A DNA stretch of 64,000 nt from the NCBI GenBank assembly GCA_951406725.2, contig OX597831.1:82212001-82276000 (forward strand), given 5' to 3'. A program made the translations under genes and the position numbers. Positions 41,433-53,984 of this stretch are shown here, in pieces. The notes under the pieces were generated by a model that saw only the letters and a list, made by a program, of their open reading frames with translations, was not told the origin of the DNA and searched no databases. The stretch comes from Octopus vulgaris. Lineage: Eukaryota. The stretch's first letter is position 1, and each line of letters opens with the position of its first letter.

Positions 41433-41664
41433 ACACACACACACACACAATACACACAATACATACATACATGCATAGAGAGCTCTAGAAACCTGCTCTC
41501 TACCAACTGTGCGATGTAAGGTTCTGTAACAGCGATATTAATAAAATCGTAATTCTCAGAGCCCCCCCCCCACCCGTCGCCGTCAACTGTATCCATATCA
41601 ATACTAGTAGCATCAAAACTACTCACATCAGCACTAATACTAGCACCTATACTACTACTATCTT

Positions 41665-42075
41665 GTTCTTGGCATCCATCGATCTCGAGAGATCAGAGAG
41701 TTCTAAGAGGGTATCCGGGAACAGCGACGGGCATGGCTTGTTAGACCGGTGAAGGAGTGACAGTTTCTTCCACAAGGAACGAACACAAACTTTGCCGCTG
41801 GGTTTACTGCTTCACTTCCAGCTTTTCTGATCCGTCTTTTTGTCTTGGCACGTTCTGTGAGGGACCTTCCCAAACCTTGGAGGCCCCCATTCATTTTTGA
41901 CTGCCAAGATGTTCTCACTGCAGCTATAGTTTCCCAGTTGTTGGGACCAACTCTAAGGGCCTTCAAATCTCTTTTCAAGATGTCTTTATAAGGCAGGTGT
42001 GGTCTTTCTGTTTGACGCGTTCCCTGGGCGAGTTCCCCGTAGAGGATGTCCCTTGGGATGCGGCCATCGTCTATG
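41665..42075 (-). mobile_element. RTE (BovB-like) LINE 3' end
   Basis: Peptides DDGRIPRDILYGELAQGTR and YKDILKRDLKAL, then C-terminal CGRNCHSFTGLTSHARRC followed by a short UTR. Confidence 0.85.
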
Positions 42076-43054
42076 TCCGAGCCACCATAAAAACACCCAT
42101 TTCATTACTTACAAACACCGTTACCCCTTCCAATATATTATTGCTACCGCTTTCGCCACTACGCAACAACAACAACGACAGCATCACCAACACACGCCCG
42201 CCATCATAGCCACAACCATCGCATTCATAACTTTCCCCCACCATCATCACCATCACAACCACTATTACCATCTAATCATTTCAACCTACAATTACCCCAC
42301 CACCACAACCACCCCCATCACCACTAGCATTACCATCGACGCCATCAAAACCATCACCACTAACGCACCGCACTCCCCCAAATATATTCAACAGCTTCAG
42401 CTAAGTTTTTATAATCTGCTACTTTCGCGTCTCCCCTCTCCACTCGCTCTCTCTCTCTCTCTCTTTCCCTCTTTCTTCCTCACTCTCTCTCCCTCCTGTC
42501 TCTCTCTCCTATCCCTACCACACCGTACTAAATTGCCCCCATAACACCTAAATAGCTATCTTCAAGACTTCTACATGTCTAGTAGCTGTGTCATCTTCAC
42601 AGGCAACAAAACTACAGCTGTTTAGCAGCTTCGCATCTACCAGCTTCATTCTGCTGGAGTAGTCCTTTATCTCACGTGTTATCATTATTATTATTATTAT
42701 TAATTTACTGATTCTGTCTACATTACCATCTTGAATGCCATAGCGACCAATTCACTGCAAACATGTTGGTCGCTGAGATATTTAAGACGAGTCGATATTT
42801 CACGCAGCCCAGCCGAGCTACCTTAAACAGCAATGAGAGCAGAACTTGGTTGCAGAGAATTATGCTCGGGAATTCCGCTACTTATTACTGTTTAGCTTTT
42901 AGATGTTACTGTAGAAGGTGTAGGTGTTTGGGTGGGTGGCCATAACGGGTTTGGGAGCTTCAACTACCCCCACAACCCCACCAGCAGGTCGGAAACTCCT
43001 TTGCAATTATTACTGACTTAGAAATTGCTTCAAATACACACAGTCATCATGAAA

Positions 43055-43115
<61 letters not shown>

Positions 43116-43185
43116 ATAGTAAAATTTAAATTTATGCTAATATTAAACTCATAATGGGACAAAGAGTTGCATTAAGACATTATAT

Positions 43186-43325
43186 AATAAACTGGGAGTG
43201 CCGGTTTCGCGTCTTACGCTTATCAAACTTCTAAGGTCTTAGATTTCAACCACTTTTGTTGTTGACAATAATTTTTGTGGAAGTTTGATAAGCGCAAAAC
43301 GCGAAACCGGTATTCCCAGTTTATT
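43186..43325. repeat. 46-bp inverted repeat (4 mismatches, 48-bp spacer), each arm a hammerhead-like motif
   Basis: Arms are 43186-43231 and 43280-43325. The right arm reads TTGATAA-GCG(caaaa)CGC-GAAAC-CG-GTA-TTCC. Confidence 0.7.
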
Positions 43326-43326
43326 C

Positions 43327-44637
43327 AAATGGGTTGGCAACTAAGTTCCCGTCGTTTTTTAAAAATAAAATTTTTTTAAAGGTTTAATAAAAAAAAAAAA
43401 AAACTAATTATTCAATAATGTATTCACCCTTGTTGTTTACAACTTCTTCCCAACGTTCAACAAGATTTTCAATACCTATTTCTTTACTATCCACAAGGGG
43501 CTAAACACAGAGAGGGAAAACAAGGACAGACAAACGGATTAAGTCGATTATTTCGTCTCCAGTGCGTAACTGGTACTTATTTAATCGACCCCAAAAGGAT
43601 GAAAGGCAGAGTCGACCTCGGCGGAATTTAAACTCAGAACCTAGCGACAGACGAAATACTGCTGAGCAGTTCGCCCTGTGCGCTAACGATTCTGCCAGCT
43701 CGCCGCCTTAAAGATTTTCAAAACCTCGATGGTAGAAATCACCCGATTTCGATTCGAGAAATTGATCCAACCAAGCTCTCGATTCTGCATCAGTACTGAA
43801 CGAAACTACGCGCATAGCATTTGAAAGAGATCGAAAGAGGTGGAAATTCGTTGGTGCCAAATCAGGAGAGTACAGCGGGTGTGGCAGCACTTCCCAGCCA
43901 TGCGTTTGAATGGCTTCCTTGGTCATATTAGCGAAATGAGGGCGGGCGTTGTCGTGCAGCAGAAGAACTCCATGCTGACGATTAAGTCTTTTCTCTTGAA
44001 TAGCCGTGTTGAGTCGTTCCATTTGTTGAACGTAGAGTTCCGCGTTGACCGTTTAGTTACGTTCAAGCAATTCGTAATAGATAATCTCTTCCCGGTCCCA
44101 TCATACGCACAACATCGTTTTACGCGGATAAAGATGTTTCGCGCGCGGTGTCGCTTGTTTACCGGGGCTAAACCATTCCTTACGCTGCTTCATATTGATA
44201 TACAGACACCATTTTTCGTCGCCAGTAACGATTCGGTAAAGAAATCGTTGCTTGTGTCCATGAGTTGAGCGATGACGAGCAAGCAACCCAGCGAAGATTG
44301 TGGCTCATTGATTTTTGCTGTTGTCACTTAAAACATGCGGAACCCATGCTCCAAACTTCTGAACCTTTCTCATCGAGTAAAGATGCTTCTCTATAGCAGT
44401 GTGGGAGCATTCCATTTTCTCTGCCAGTTCCCTTGTTGTTTGAAGAGAATTTTCGTGTAAAAGTTGGTTTAATCGCTCTTCATCGAACTCAACTGGACAG
44501 CCAGAAGGAGGTGCGTCTTTGAGGTCAAAATTTCCATTTTTGAACTTGGGATACCAATCACAAGCGGTTCTTTCATCTATGGCACCCTCTCCATACACAG
44601 CACAAATGTCGCGAGCAGCTTTTGCGGCATTAGAATC
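43327..44637 (-). mobile_element. Mariner (D,D34D) transposon remnant: frameshifted transposase + 3' TIR, interrupted by a SINE
   Basis: Peptides YGEGAI..RT...W..KFKNG.FDLKD, GAWVPHVLS, RIVTGDEKW, LLLHDNARPH, HPLYSPDLAPTNFHLFRSL and C-terminal ENLVERWEEVVNNKGEYIIE*. TIR-like gggttggcaactaagt at ~43331. Confidence 0.95.
43478..43710 (-). mobile_element. tRNA-derived SINE family B, full length, with 16-bp target-site duplication
   Basis: TSD aagattttcaa(t/a)acct at 43462-43477 and 43711-43726. Head ggcggcgagctggcagaatcgttagc...gagtttaaattcc; core gcctttcatcctttnggggtcgat.aaataagtacc. Confidence 0.92.
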
Positions 44638-45022
44638 CTTCTTATATCTCCAGCATTGAGAGATTCATCGTCACTGTTCAAAGTCAGTGTAGTTCTCCAT
44701 GATCTCATACCCACAGACAAGAAGTTTCGCAGAGTAGGTGCTGTTTTATACATTTCCAGACATTTCTTAATCCAGCTATGTGGTAGACTATCAAAAGCTT
44801 TTTAATAGTCTATCCAGGCTATCAACAAGGTTTTGTGTCGTTTGTGACAATCATCCAAGATCATCTTATTGATGAGTAGCTGATCTTTACAACCATAGAA
44901 CCCACGTTTACATTCTTTTTGCTCATTAGGGAATATGCTACTTTCTAGTAAAAAACTATAAGTATATTCAGTCAAGACAGATGTTAGTATTTTATACATT
45001 GTAGTATTGCAGGTTATGGGTC
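44638..45022 (-). mobile_element. R4/Dong-type LINE RT fragment
   Basis: YRPITCNTTMYKILTS...EQKECKRGFYGCKDQLLINK...AWIDY*KAFDSLPHSWI. Confidence 0.9.
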
Positions 45023-45057
45023 TATAATAATAATAATCATAATAATAATAATAATAT

Positions 45058-45276
45058 GAGCGGGATGGGCTACTCAACCTGAAGAAAATTCTAACTGGGC
45101 CCCACCTGCAAGGTCATGTGCTGTTTATCTTGATATGAGATCACCATGTCGCGCACATATGGTTGTGATGCATGTGCCTTGTGTACCCTTATCAGACGGG
45201 TAGTCATGATGGGTATATTGGGCTTCGTATATTTTACCCCAGTGTCACTTTGATGGCATGCACTGCTCTCTCACTC

Positions 45277-45277
<1 letters not shown>
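45058..45277 (+). mobile_element. Short complex element embedded in (TAA)n, probably a LINE 3' UTR
   Basis: About 220 bp flanked on both sides by (AAT)n. No coding signal; the assignment is by context only. Confidence 0.4.
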
Positions 45278-45313
<36 letters not shown>

Positions 45314-45521
45314 TGTACAATTACATCTCTATCCCTATCACTAATGTCCGTTACTTCCTTAGTGAACATAAGCGACTTAGCTAGTAATCCCTTCGATATA
45401 AACGGGTTAAAATCTATTCTAGCGAACTGAATGAACTTTGCTTTGCCTCTGCCCTGGTTTGCCTTAGACCATGGAATAACTTCATTGGTATTGCACCATA
45501 AGGAGAACCTGGGAGTCCACC

Positions 45522-45603
45522 TTACTCTCTTATTTGTTTCAGTCATTTGACTGCGACTATGCTGGAGCACCGCCTTTAGTTTAACAAGTCGATCCCAGGA
45601 CTT

Positions 45604-45650
<47 letters not shown>

Positions 45651-45795
45651 GACGGGCTTCTTTCAGTTTCCGTCTACTAAATCCACTCACATAGCTTTTG
45701 TCGACTCGAGGCTATATTAGAACACACTTGTCCAAGGTACCACGCAGTGGGACTGAACCCGGAAGCACGTGGCTGGTAAGCTGGCTACTTACCAA
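45522..45795 (-). mobile_element. SINE family A copy with internal deletion; further partial copies at ~49672-49880 (-) and ~63836-63960 (+)
   Basis: Reverse-complement homology to the head and tail of 16081-16477. Confidence 0.85.
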
Positions 45796-46970
45796 CTTTC
45801 TCCTCAAAATATTCTTTGAGTGACATCGATAAAGTGGGAAACAAAGAAGCACATCACTTCCTTCTGTGGCTTAAAGTTGGTTTCTGATTCCTAATGAAGT
45901 GCGCCTCTGCAACCGGAAGGGTTACATCATCTCCGTTACATTGTCAAACCATCGAGAAGAGTTAGATGCATGGATCTACGTACACATAATTATCTAAACT
46001 GTAAAAGTACCCGGGAACTAAATTGATATACAAAGCGTTAAATTTTCTTTTTCTGTTTTAATGTTTGGAGGTAAAGTCTCTTTCTGACCTCCATATCCTT
46101 CAACTCTACTTCCGTTTCTGACCACCATGTCCCCCAACTGCACTCCTCTCTCTCACCTCCCACACCGCCATCATTGGTATTAATTATTCTGACCTGTCAA
46201 CACTGATTACTCTCATCATCTGACCGTATTCCTGACTGTCACTTTAACTCTCGAAACGCTCCTGCCAGCTTTTTCATAGTTTACCATACCATTGCCCCAG
46301 TCAGTCCTTGCCTCAGCAACATTCTCCCAGACGCCACCTATTTTCGATGAATTTCTTTACATCAGGTACTCCACCAGTTGCTCCTATTGACTGTTTCGTT
46401 TTCAAGGACACTTGTGATCCATCAGCGACACCTATTATTTAAGGTATATCCCTTCTACATTCCTTATACAACCACGTTTCTTGGTGGTCCTCAGAACAAC
46501 ACACATGCATTTTCTCTATCAAACACAGCGTAAGGTCTTTACCTCCTGAAATTTCACGATCTCTTGCATATTGTTAGTATTCTCTGCTTGTCGTTCATTG
46601 CCGAAGAGGAAAAAAGACTAAGAATTTCTAGATTAGTGGGTCCCTCGTTAGGGTAAGCAAATATGTGTGTGTACAGATATGTATAGATACATACATATGT
46701 ATATATGTGTATATATAAAAATTTATAAACGAAGATGATTAAATGAACAGACTTTTAAATGCACGTTATGAGGTTATTGCCTAGATAATAGTAAATAAAT
46801 ATATGTATGTATGCATGTGCATATATATGCATATATATACACATACGCGCTGACCACTTGGTATAAATCATTAATTGGCCATAATATCTATTCCACATAA
46901 TCATAATTTTTATCCTTTTATCATTATATGCATATATATATATATATATATATGTGTGTGTATGTGTGTG

Positions 46971-47002
<32 letters not shown>

Positions 47003-47005
47003 CAT

Positions 47006-47042
<37 letters not shown>

Positions 47043-47062
47043 CGTGTGTAGGTATATGTATG

Positions 47063-47098
<36 letters not shown>

Positions 47099-47166
47099 TG
47101 CATGTATGTATATGCATGTATGCATGTGTGTATAGACGCTTGTGTGTGTGTGTGTGTGTGTGTATG

Positions 47167-47252
<86 letters not shown>

Positions 47253-47999
47253 TGTGTAAGATCATCGTTGTGAGACAGAAATAGAAAGCCGTGCAGGTGA
47301 GATGGTGTAGGCGTTTATCAGGATTCGCGATTCTCAGCTGAAACAGCGAGTAATCCGACACCTGGGGCGGCGGCAGCAAGAAGTTGTAACAATGTGGTTT
47401 TGTGTGTGTTTTTTACCGTTGAGACATCGTCCCAATTTAGTAAATGGTGCAAATAACAAGAACAGCAACAACCGTCATCATCAACAACATCAACATCAAC
47501 AACATCAGTAACGAAAGTGCTTGGGTTGGGTTTAGCTGATTGTTATAACGTAATAGAATAAATGTTTTCTGTCGTTTTTTTTCTTTCTTCTTTTGCCCGG
47601 GGGTGAGGGGTGTGAAGTACGACTGAAAGTAGACACCAAACTGGTGTTGGTCTTCTGTCAACATTGACTGGTATAACTTACGATATTTCAACAGACTTTT
47701 CACGCCTCTCACTTGCATTGTGCTCTTCGTATTCCTGTAGAACCCCCCAACCCCAACCCGCCGCACTGCTATCACCACTACCACCACCACCACCACCTTC
47801 ACCAGCAATACAAAACAAATCTCTGATGCTACCCTATGTGGCCTACCTGCAGGTAAAGGAAGGAATTCATAGATGATATAACCTGCAATGTGAAACATGC
47901 AAATCCAAACAGCCAGTTTTCGGTAACACGATAATAATAATAATAATATTAATAACAACAACAACCCATACTCACATAGAAGCAGCGTTTAGTCTAACG

Positions 48000-48272
48000 A
48001 TAATCAACATGAAACCTGATGCTGAAAGGACAAGCCGCCCTAATTCCGAAAACCAAAGACACCATACACCCACAAAATTGAGAGGCCAATAACATGCCTA
48101 TCAACAACCTGTAAAAGTCTCCATTGCAAGGAGACTTGCTGTCATTCCTGCTTTTCTGCCTTGCTCTTATCCTGCTAAAAAAAAAAACACACTTGTTAAA
48201 TGAAACCACCATAGTTAACAGATACTATGGACAAGCAATAAACCATCTCTTAAACATGGATGACTAAAAATA
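48000..48272 (+). mobile_element. Decayed R4/Dong-type RT core fragment
   Basis: LQGDLLSFLLFCLALILL (~48123) and INHLLNMDD*K (~48238) correspond to QGDSLSPLLF and SHLLYMDDLK. Confidence 0.7.
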
Positions 48273-49130
48273 CCACATTTACTGGAGGGGCAGTGCCTCC
48301 CCTTTTTACCCCATTTTCAGAAGCATGAAGAGGTCGTCCACAATACAACCTCTTCTACCATCAGACAAAGAAAACCTACCTGCCAAAGAAACATGATAGG
48401 GAATCTTCTATGGACTTGATGACATCCAAATATCTCCTATTGGCCATAATAGCTATTCCACATAATTTCACGAGTCAGAGATACTCAGAGTTTAAAAAAG
48501 GGTCACAGAACAATATTGTTACTCTGTGTGCATTTCAGACAGGCCAAGCTGATCAGATTTCCTTCTAAGTAGATTTTATTTTGGATCCTGCACCTCTCCA
48601 TCGCTAGCAACTACCAGATGAGGCATTAATGAATATTATACACCTGAACCAGCTTGATTGTCCTCAAAAAACAGACTACCTGATCGATTGTCATTAACAC
48701 ACAGTTTTTTCAGGAACATCATCTCTCTTCCCCTTCAGCGATTCCTCTCTAGACAGTTAACATCTCAATAGTAAACTTCTTTATTTACTTATAATTACTT
48801 ACTTTTATTTCTGAACAGTTTGTTATTCTACGCGAGATACTATTTGCTTTTAGAAACACGGGTGCTGTGTAAAAGACATGCTAAATCTGAAAATAGCTTT
48901 ACTCTTGGTTTTAATATCAAACAGCATTTACAAACATAGTCATGGAGAAGCCTTAAAAATAAAGGTTGGCTATACATGTACACATATATTAATAAATACA
49001 TGTTTATACATACATACATACATACATACATACATACATACATACATACATACATACATACATACATACATACATGCATACATACATACATACATACATA
49101 CATACATGCATACATACATACATACATACA

Positions 49131-49570
49131 TGATATAATGATTTGGGACAGAGAAGAGAAACTGTGCACAGTGGTGGAAATTAGCTGCACAGCGGGTGTT
49201 AACATAAAGCTGAAGAGCAGTGAAAAAGAGAAATCTGCAGTTACTCTATCCAGATTACAAGTTCAGGTTTATACCTGTAATTGTTGGGGCCCTGGGATAT
49301 GTAACACACTGCCTAAATACCAATTTTGAAAAATTAGGCCTCTCAAAACCAGAAAGGAGAAAGCTAATTCGAAGACTACAGATCCAATCCATCATTGGAA
49401 CTGTAAAAATCTGTAAAACTTTCCAGAAGTTTATCATTTAAATATATATATGAGCATGTCTAGATATGCAACTAAATGCATAAGAATACATACATAATAC
49501 ATACAAATCTGCACATACACACAACCATACATACATAATACATACTTTCTGATAGTGTAAGATGAAAAGA
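49131..49570 (+). mobile_element. (CATA)-associated R4/Dong-type LINE 3' fragment
   Basis: DIMIWDREEKLCTVVEISC and LQLLYPDYKFRFIPVIVGALG...TVKICKTFQKF. Homologous to 27480-27830 and begins directly after (CATA)n. Confidence 0.85.
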
Positions 49571-49599
49571 AAAGTACTTCATCCATCTGTACATGTGTG

Positions 49600-49672
<73 letters not shown>

Positions 49673-49912
49673 TACTCTTTTATTTGTTTCAGTCATTTGA
49701 CTGCGGCCATGCTTGGGAATTGCCTATTCGAATAAATCGACCTCGGGACTTATTCTTTGTAAGCCAAGTACTTATTCTATCGGTTCTTTTACCGAACTGT
49801 TAAGTAACGGGGACGTAAACGCACAAATATCGCTTGACAAACGATGATGGGGGGAGGGGGCAAACACAGACACACAAATACATACATACATATATGTATA
49901 TATATTGTATAT

Positions 49913-49951
<39 letters not shown>

Positions 49952-50037
49952 AATATAAGGGACCATCTGGTCTGGGAACTGAAACCTTGAGCTTGTGATT
50001 GTGAGCGCAACACCCTAATCACTAGGCTATGTGCCCC

Positions 50038-50097
<60 letters not shown>

Positions 50098-50149
50098 TTT
50101 TATTCTGTTATATGTTTTATCCCAAAGACTGTGGCCATACTGATTCACC

Positions 50150-50645
50150 TTTTAAGTTGCCATCCTTACGGAATTGGTTTTTAAAGAAGGAGGGAGTTTG
50201 ACACAGCTGCCCTCTTTTGAGTTTCTTGATGTGGTATAGATTCATTAGGGACCTTGGTCAAGAGGAGATCAAGTTGTTTCTTGAAAACATCTACCTCCAC
50301 TGCATGAAGATCCCTCATATGTTTTTGCAAGGCATTAAATACCACTTGACCCTTGAATCCCAACCTGCTGCCGTATATGGTCGTCACGTGGACAGAATAG
50401 CTGGTACCTTTGGGGCAATGCAGTGACGCCTAGTTCGGGGTTAGAATACCTCTTTATGCCAAAGTTTGGTGCCAATCCCTCCAAGATCTTCCATATGTAT
50501 ATCACTTCATACCCGTCCCATCTTTCCTCCGCGGAGTAAAGACTTAGTCCTTTCAGTCTTTTCTTGTAGCTCAACTGTTGCATAGACGCAATCCTCCTGG
50601 TGTAGCATCACTGAATTGCCTCAACTTCCGCTGTTAATTTGACAA
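50150..50645 (-). mobile_element. CR1/L2-clade LINE 3' fragment
   Basis: LSYKKRLKGLSLYSAEER...VIYIWKILEGLAPN and FNALQKHMRDL..V.VDVFKKQLDLLL. Confidence 0.85.
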
Positions 50646-51214
50646 CGTAGCTAAATCTCCCACATAAATAGAACCTATCATTTCAAGAAGAGAGACTGAA
50701 AGACATGATGGTCATGGGCTGGAACACTTTGATTATCGGTCTTCTCAGGGTTGGTCTGTGGTTAAACAGCAACAGGAGAGGAAGTCGATGATAAAAACAT
50801 CACTAAATGTTCATTGATAGAATCCTGTCTGCTCAGGTATTAACAGAGGTCACGCCAGGTCACATTAGTATCTGACAGAATTCCATGCAGTTGTGCGATC
50901 AAACCCATAATAAGAAAAGTCATGATTTATCATCTAAGTCAGTGCTTCTACACCATTATTTGTAGCGCTCCCACTGCCGACCTTTTGAAGTAGTTGTTAT
51001 GCCACCTAAGGTGCGAGCAAGGTTTCACACCTAAACTAACTTAACATGGATGGTAATTCATGAATTTTACTCTAAAAATAGATTGTATAAGCTTTTAACC
51101 GGGAAATCCTAAAATATTAATGAAGACGAAAGTTGTAAATTTACTTTTTACACTTCAAGTTAATGACTTCCCTGTGCCTAATGAGATCTCATTTTATTTT
51201 AATAACTTCTACTC

Positions 51215-51364
51215 CATTATTTAGATTTGACGGATATTGACCTCATCTTGTTTGTTGTAAACACAACGTTTCGGCTGATGTACTCTCCAGCCTTCGTATG
51301 GCATAGTGGTTAAGAGCGCGGGCTACTAACCCCAAGAATCCGAGTTCTATTCCAGGCAGTGACT

Positions 51365-51434
<70 letters not shown>

Positions 51435-51637
51435 CAACAACAACAACAACAACAACAATAACAACAACATCGGAATGAGAACCCAGGTTCGAAATTTCCC
51501 CTGGACACCTGATGAAGGCTGGAGAGTACATCAGCCGAAACGTTGTGTTAACAACAAACAAGATGAGGACAAATATCCGCCAAATGTAAATAATGTAAAC
51601 AATGTACACAATTCCTAATCTCCTAAATATACAACTG
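51215..51637 (+). mobile_element. Stand-alone Penelope terminal-repeat unit: inverted tail + tRNA-like head + (AAT/AAC)n + hammerhead
   Basis: 51296-51600 is colinear with the reverse complement of 19650-19878. 51215-51295 is an inverted copy of 51514-51595. Confidence 0.85.
51504..51549 (+). ncRNA. Minimal type I hammerhead ribozyme
   Basis: GACAC-CTGATGA-A-GGCTG(gagagtacat)CAGCC-GAAAC-GTT-GTGTT: perfect 5-bp stem II, palindromic ACGT stem III. Confidence 0.8.
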
Positions 51638-52568
51638 AAGTATTACTAATTTTATCATGTATAATATCATTATTACTATACATGTATGTTAATCATATTA
51701 CCACACCGTCCTCCTCACCGTCCTCCTCAACATGCTCAGTGCTCCCTTAGGGGAAGGTGCAGCCCACGTTGAGAACTTCCGATCTGTTAGAAATAGAGCC
51801 AAGTTTTGCAATCACCTGGAAGAGGGAGGTACACTTTAGATAACGTAGTCCGAGGTACACAATGGCTGAGAGATAGAAGGGATAATAGTGGTGGGGCGTC
51901 TTTGATCACAAAATGTGATCGATAGAGCTGGTTTGGTGGCTTGGAACCTCACAACTACAAGAGAAATAACAGCGACGGCTGTATGTAGGACAGTCGTTCC
52001 TTCATTGTTTAAGACCAACAACAAACAACGACGACGACAACAACAGCAACAACAGACAATAGCTGAGAATTTCTGTGAAGATGTCTAAGTTTTTCTATGA
52101 TGTTCGGTCGGCGAAGGACGGAGAGAAACCGGTGAAGCAATCGATGAAAGTTCAGATATGTTTGCATCAGATAAGAAGGAAATGTGTGATTATCTCCCCT
52201 ATCCCTCCTACCTCTTTGACGTCATTGTGATAAAGAAGAATACATAAAGACCAAATCACGTGCCGGGACAGCCAGGCTCCTTTGTTCAATTAAATATTAG
52301 TTACACGGATTAGTTTTTATTCTTTATTTCCCCTCCCCAAACCACCGTCAAATCCTCCCCCAACCACCATATCGCCCCCCCCCCCATATATACTTTTTTT
52401 AGGTTTTCTCTTCCTTTTTCATTCAGTGGCAGGAAATGAATAACAATGTGTGTGTGTGTGTGTGACGGGGTGATTTGAATGGCTACTGGAAAAGAAGGTG
52501 ATGACGTTGACGACAGCGAAATAAGGGTGATGGAGATGGTAATGGAATGCTGTCGACGACGACAATGA

Positions 52569-52602
<34 letters not shown>

Positions 52603-52843
52603 GGTGGTGGTGGTGGTGGTGGTGGTGGTGGAGATGTTGATTGCGCTGTTTAGTAACGTCTGAATATTTTGAACAAATTTATTTCTGCAGACGAACTGAA
52701 TGGACCCAGTGTATAACTGGTACTTATTCTCATCACCTGCACCTCACTGATGAAGACAATTCCGTGGATAGGAATTCTGGACAGAAATATGATACTGGGT
52801 TAGACCTCTCAAAGATATCAGGTCGGTGCTCTACCGTTTGCAG

Positions 52844-52922
<79 letters not shown>

Positions 52923-53169
52923 TATCGATTTCACTTATTTGCCACAAAGGCGAAGGATGAGGGGGACAATACAAAGAGAGACATAAAGTGTGAGTGTTTA
53001 CATATAATGAAATGATTTAAAAAAATTAAAAAGGAAAGAAAGTAAGTATACAGTGAAAAAGAAGGGACATATGCATAGCAGGGAATATTTTAGAGATGTG
53101 GTCCTCCTGATACAGGATGGCCTCTAAGGAATAATCGAGGAACTCCACTGCCTGAGATTTCCCTGAAAT

Positions 53170-53795
53170 CCCAGGAGCAAGTGCTCTCCCCAATTCCTTC
53201 TCTCTGACTCACAGGTTTGCACTTAGAGAGGTACCATCCACTCATGCCATTTTTGCAACTTTCACTCACCTTTCAATAAACTCACTCGAGGACAGCACTT
53301 CTCTCTCCACTCTCAATTTCCTTATTAAGTGAAACTTGAAGAAGTCAATGAGAGGAATGGATCTGTCCTCATGCTTTTTAGCCTTGTCCACCAAAAAGCC
53401 TCTTTCGCCACAGCCACCAGACAAAGGAAAACTGCCTGGCCTGCTCAGTTGTAGGAAGGTGGTGGTGCAATCATCACTACAGACTCGGCCGACAGACGGA
53501 TCCGTCCCACACACGACAGCATCCGTTCGACATAACTCCACAAGTCAGCAATGCCCGGACACTGAACGAATGCATGCAGAACCGTTTCGTCACTCTGTAT
53601 GCACCTTGGACAAACCCGTTTAACAGCACTCTGTGCCTATAGAATTATTTCGAACCGATAGCGTCCGCACCCTGGTAGCACTGGTAAGTCAAAGACATCT
53701 GGAAATTATCCATGGCAGTTCGTGATCGGAAAATACCCCGGAACTGACTATCCAGTTCGTTCTCGCCGGCACCTAGAGTCTCCTGAGAACGTCGC
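53170..53795 (-). mobile_element. L1/Tx1-clade LINE 3' fragment
   Basis: CPRCIQSDETVLHAFVQCP...LW (zinc-knuckle region) and FFKFHLIRKLRVEREVLSSSEFIER. Confidence 0.7.
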
Positions 53796-53822
53796 ACTTC
53801 CCTGCTGCTGCTGCTGCTGCTG

Positions 53823-53930
<108 letters not shown>

Positions 53931-53984
53931 GCAACAACAACAATAATAATAATAATAATAGTAATAATAATCACAACACAGAAA

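Noticed and set aside
51296-51362. Functional tRNA gene (loop CTACTAA, Ser-like)
   Set aside because: Acceptor and T stems pair poorly, there is no long variable arm, and it is embedded in a mobile repeat. Treated as tRNA-derived only.
52743-52790. CTGATGA-AGACAATTCC..GGAATT hammerhead candidate
   Set aside because: Only the 5' core and part of stem II are present; no properly placed GAAAC/NUH.
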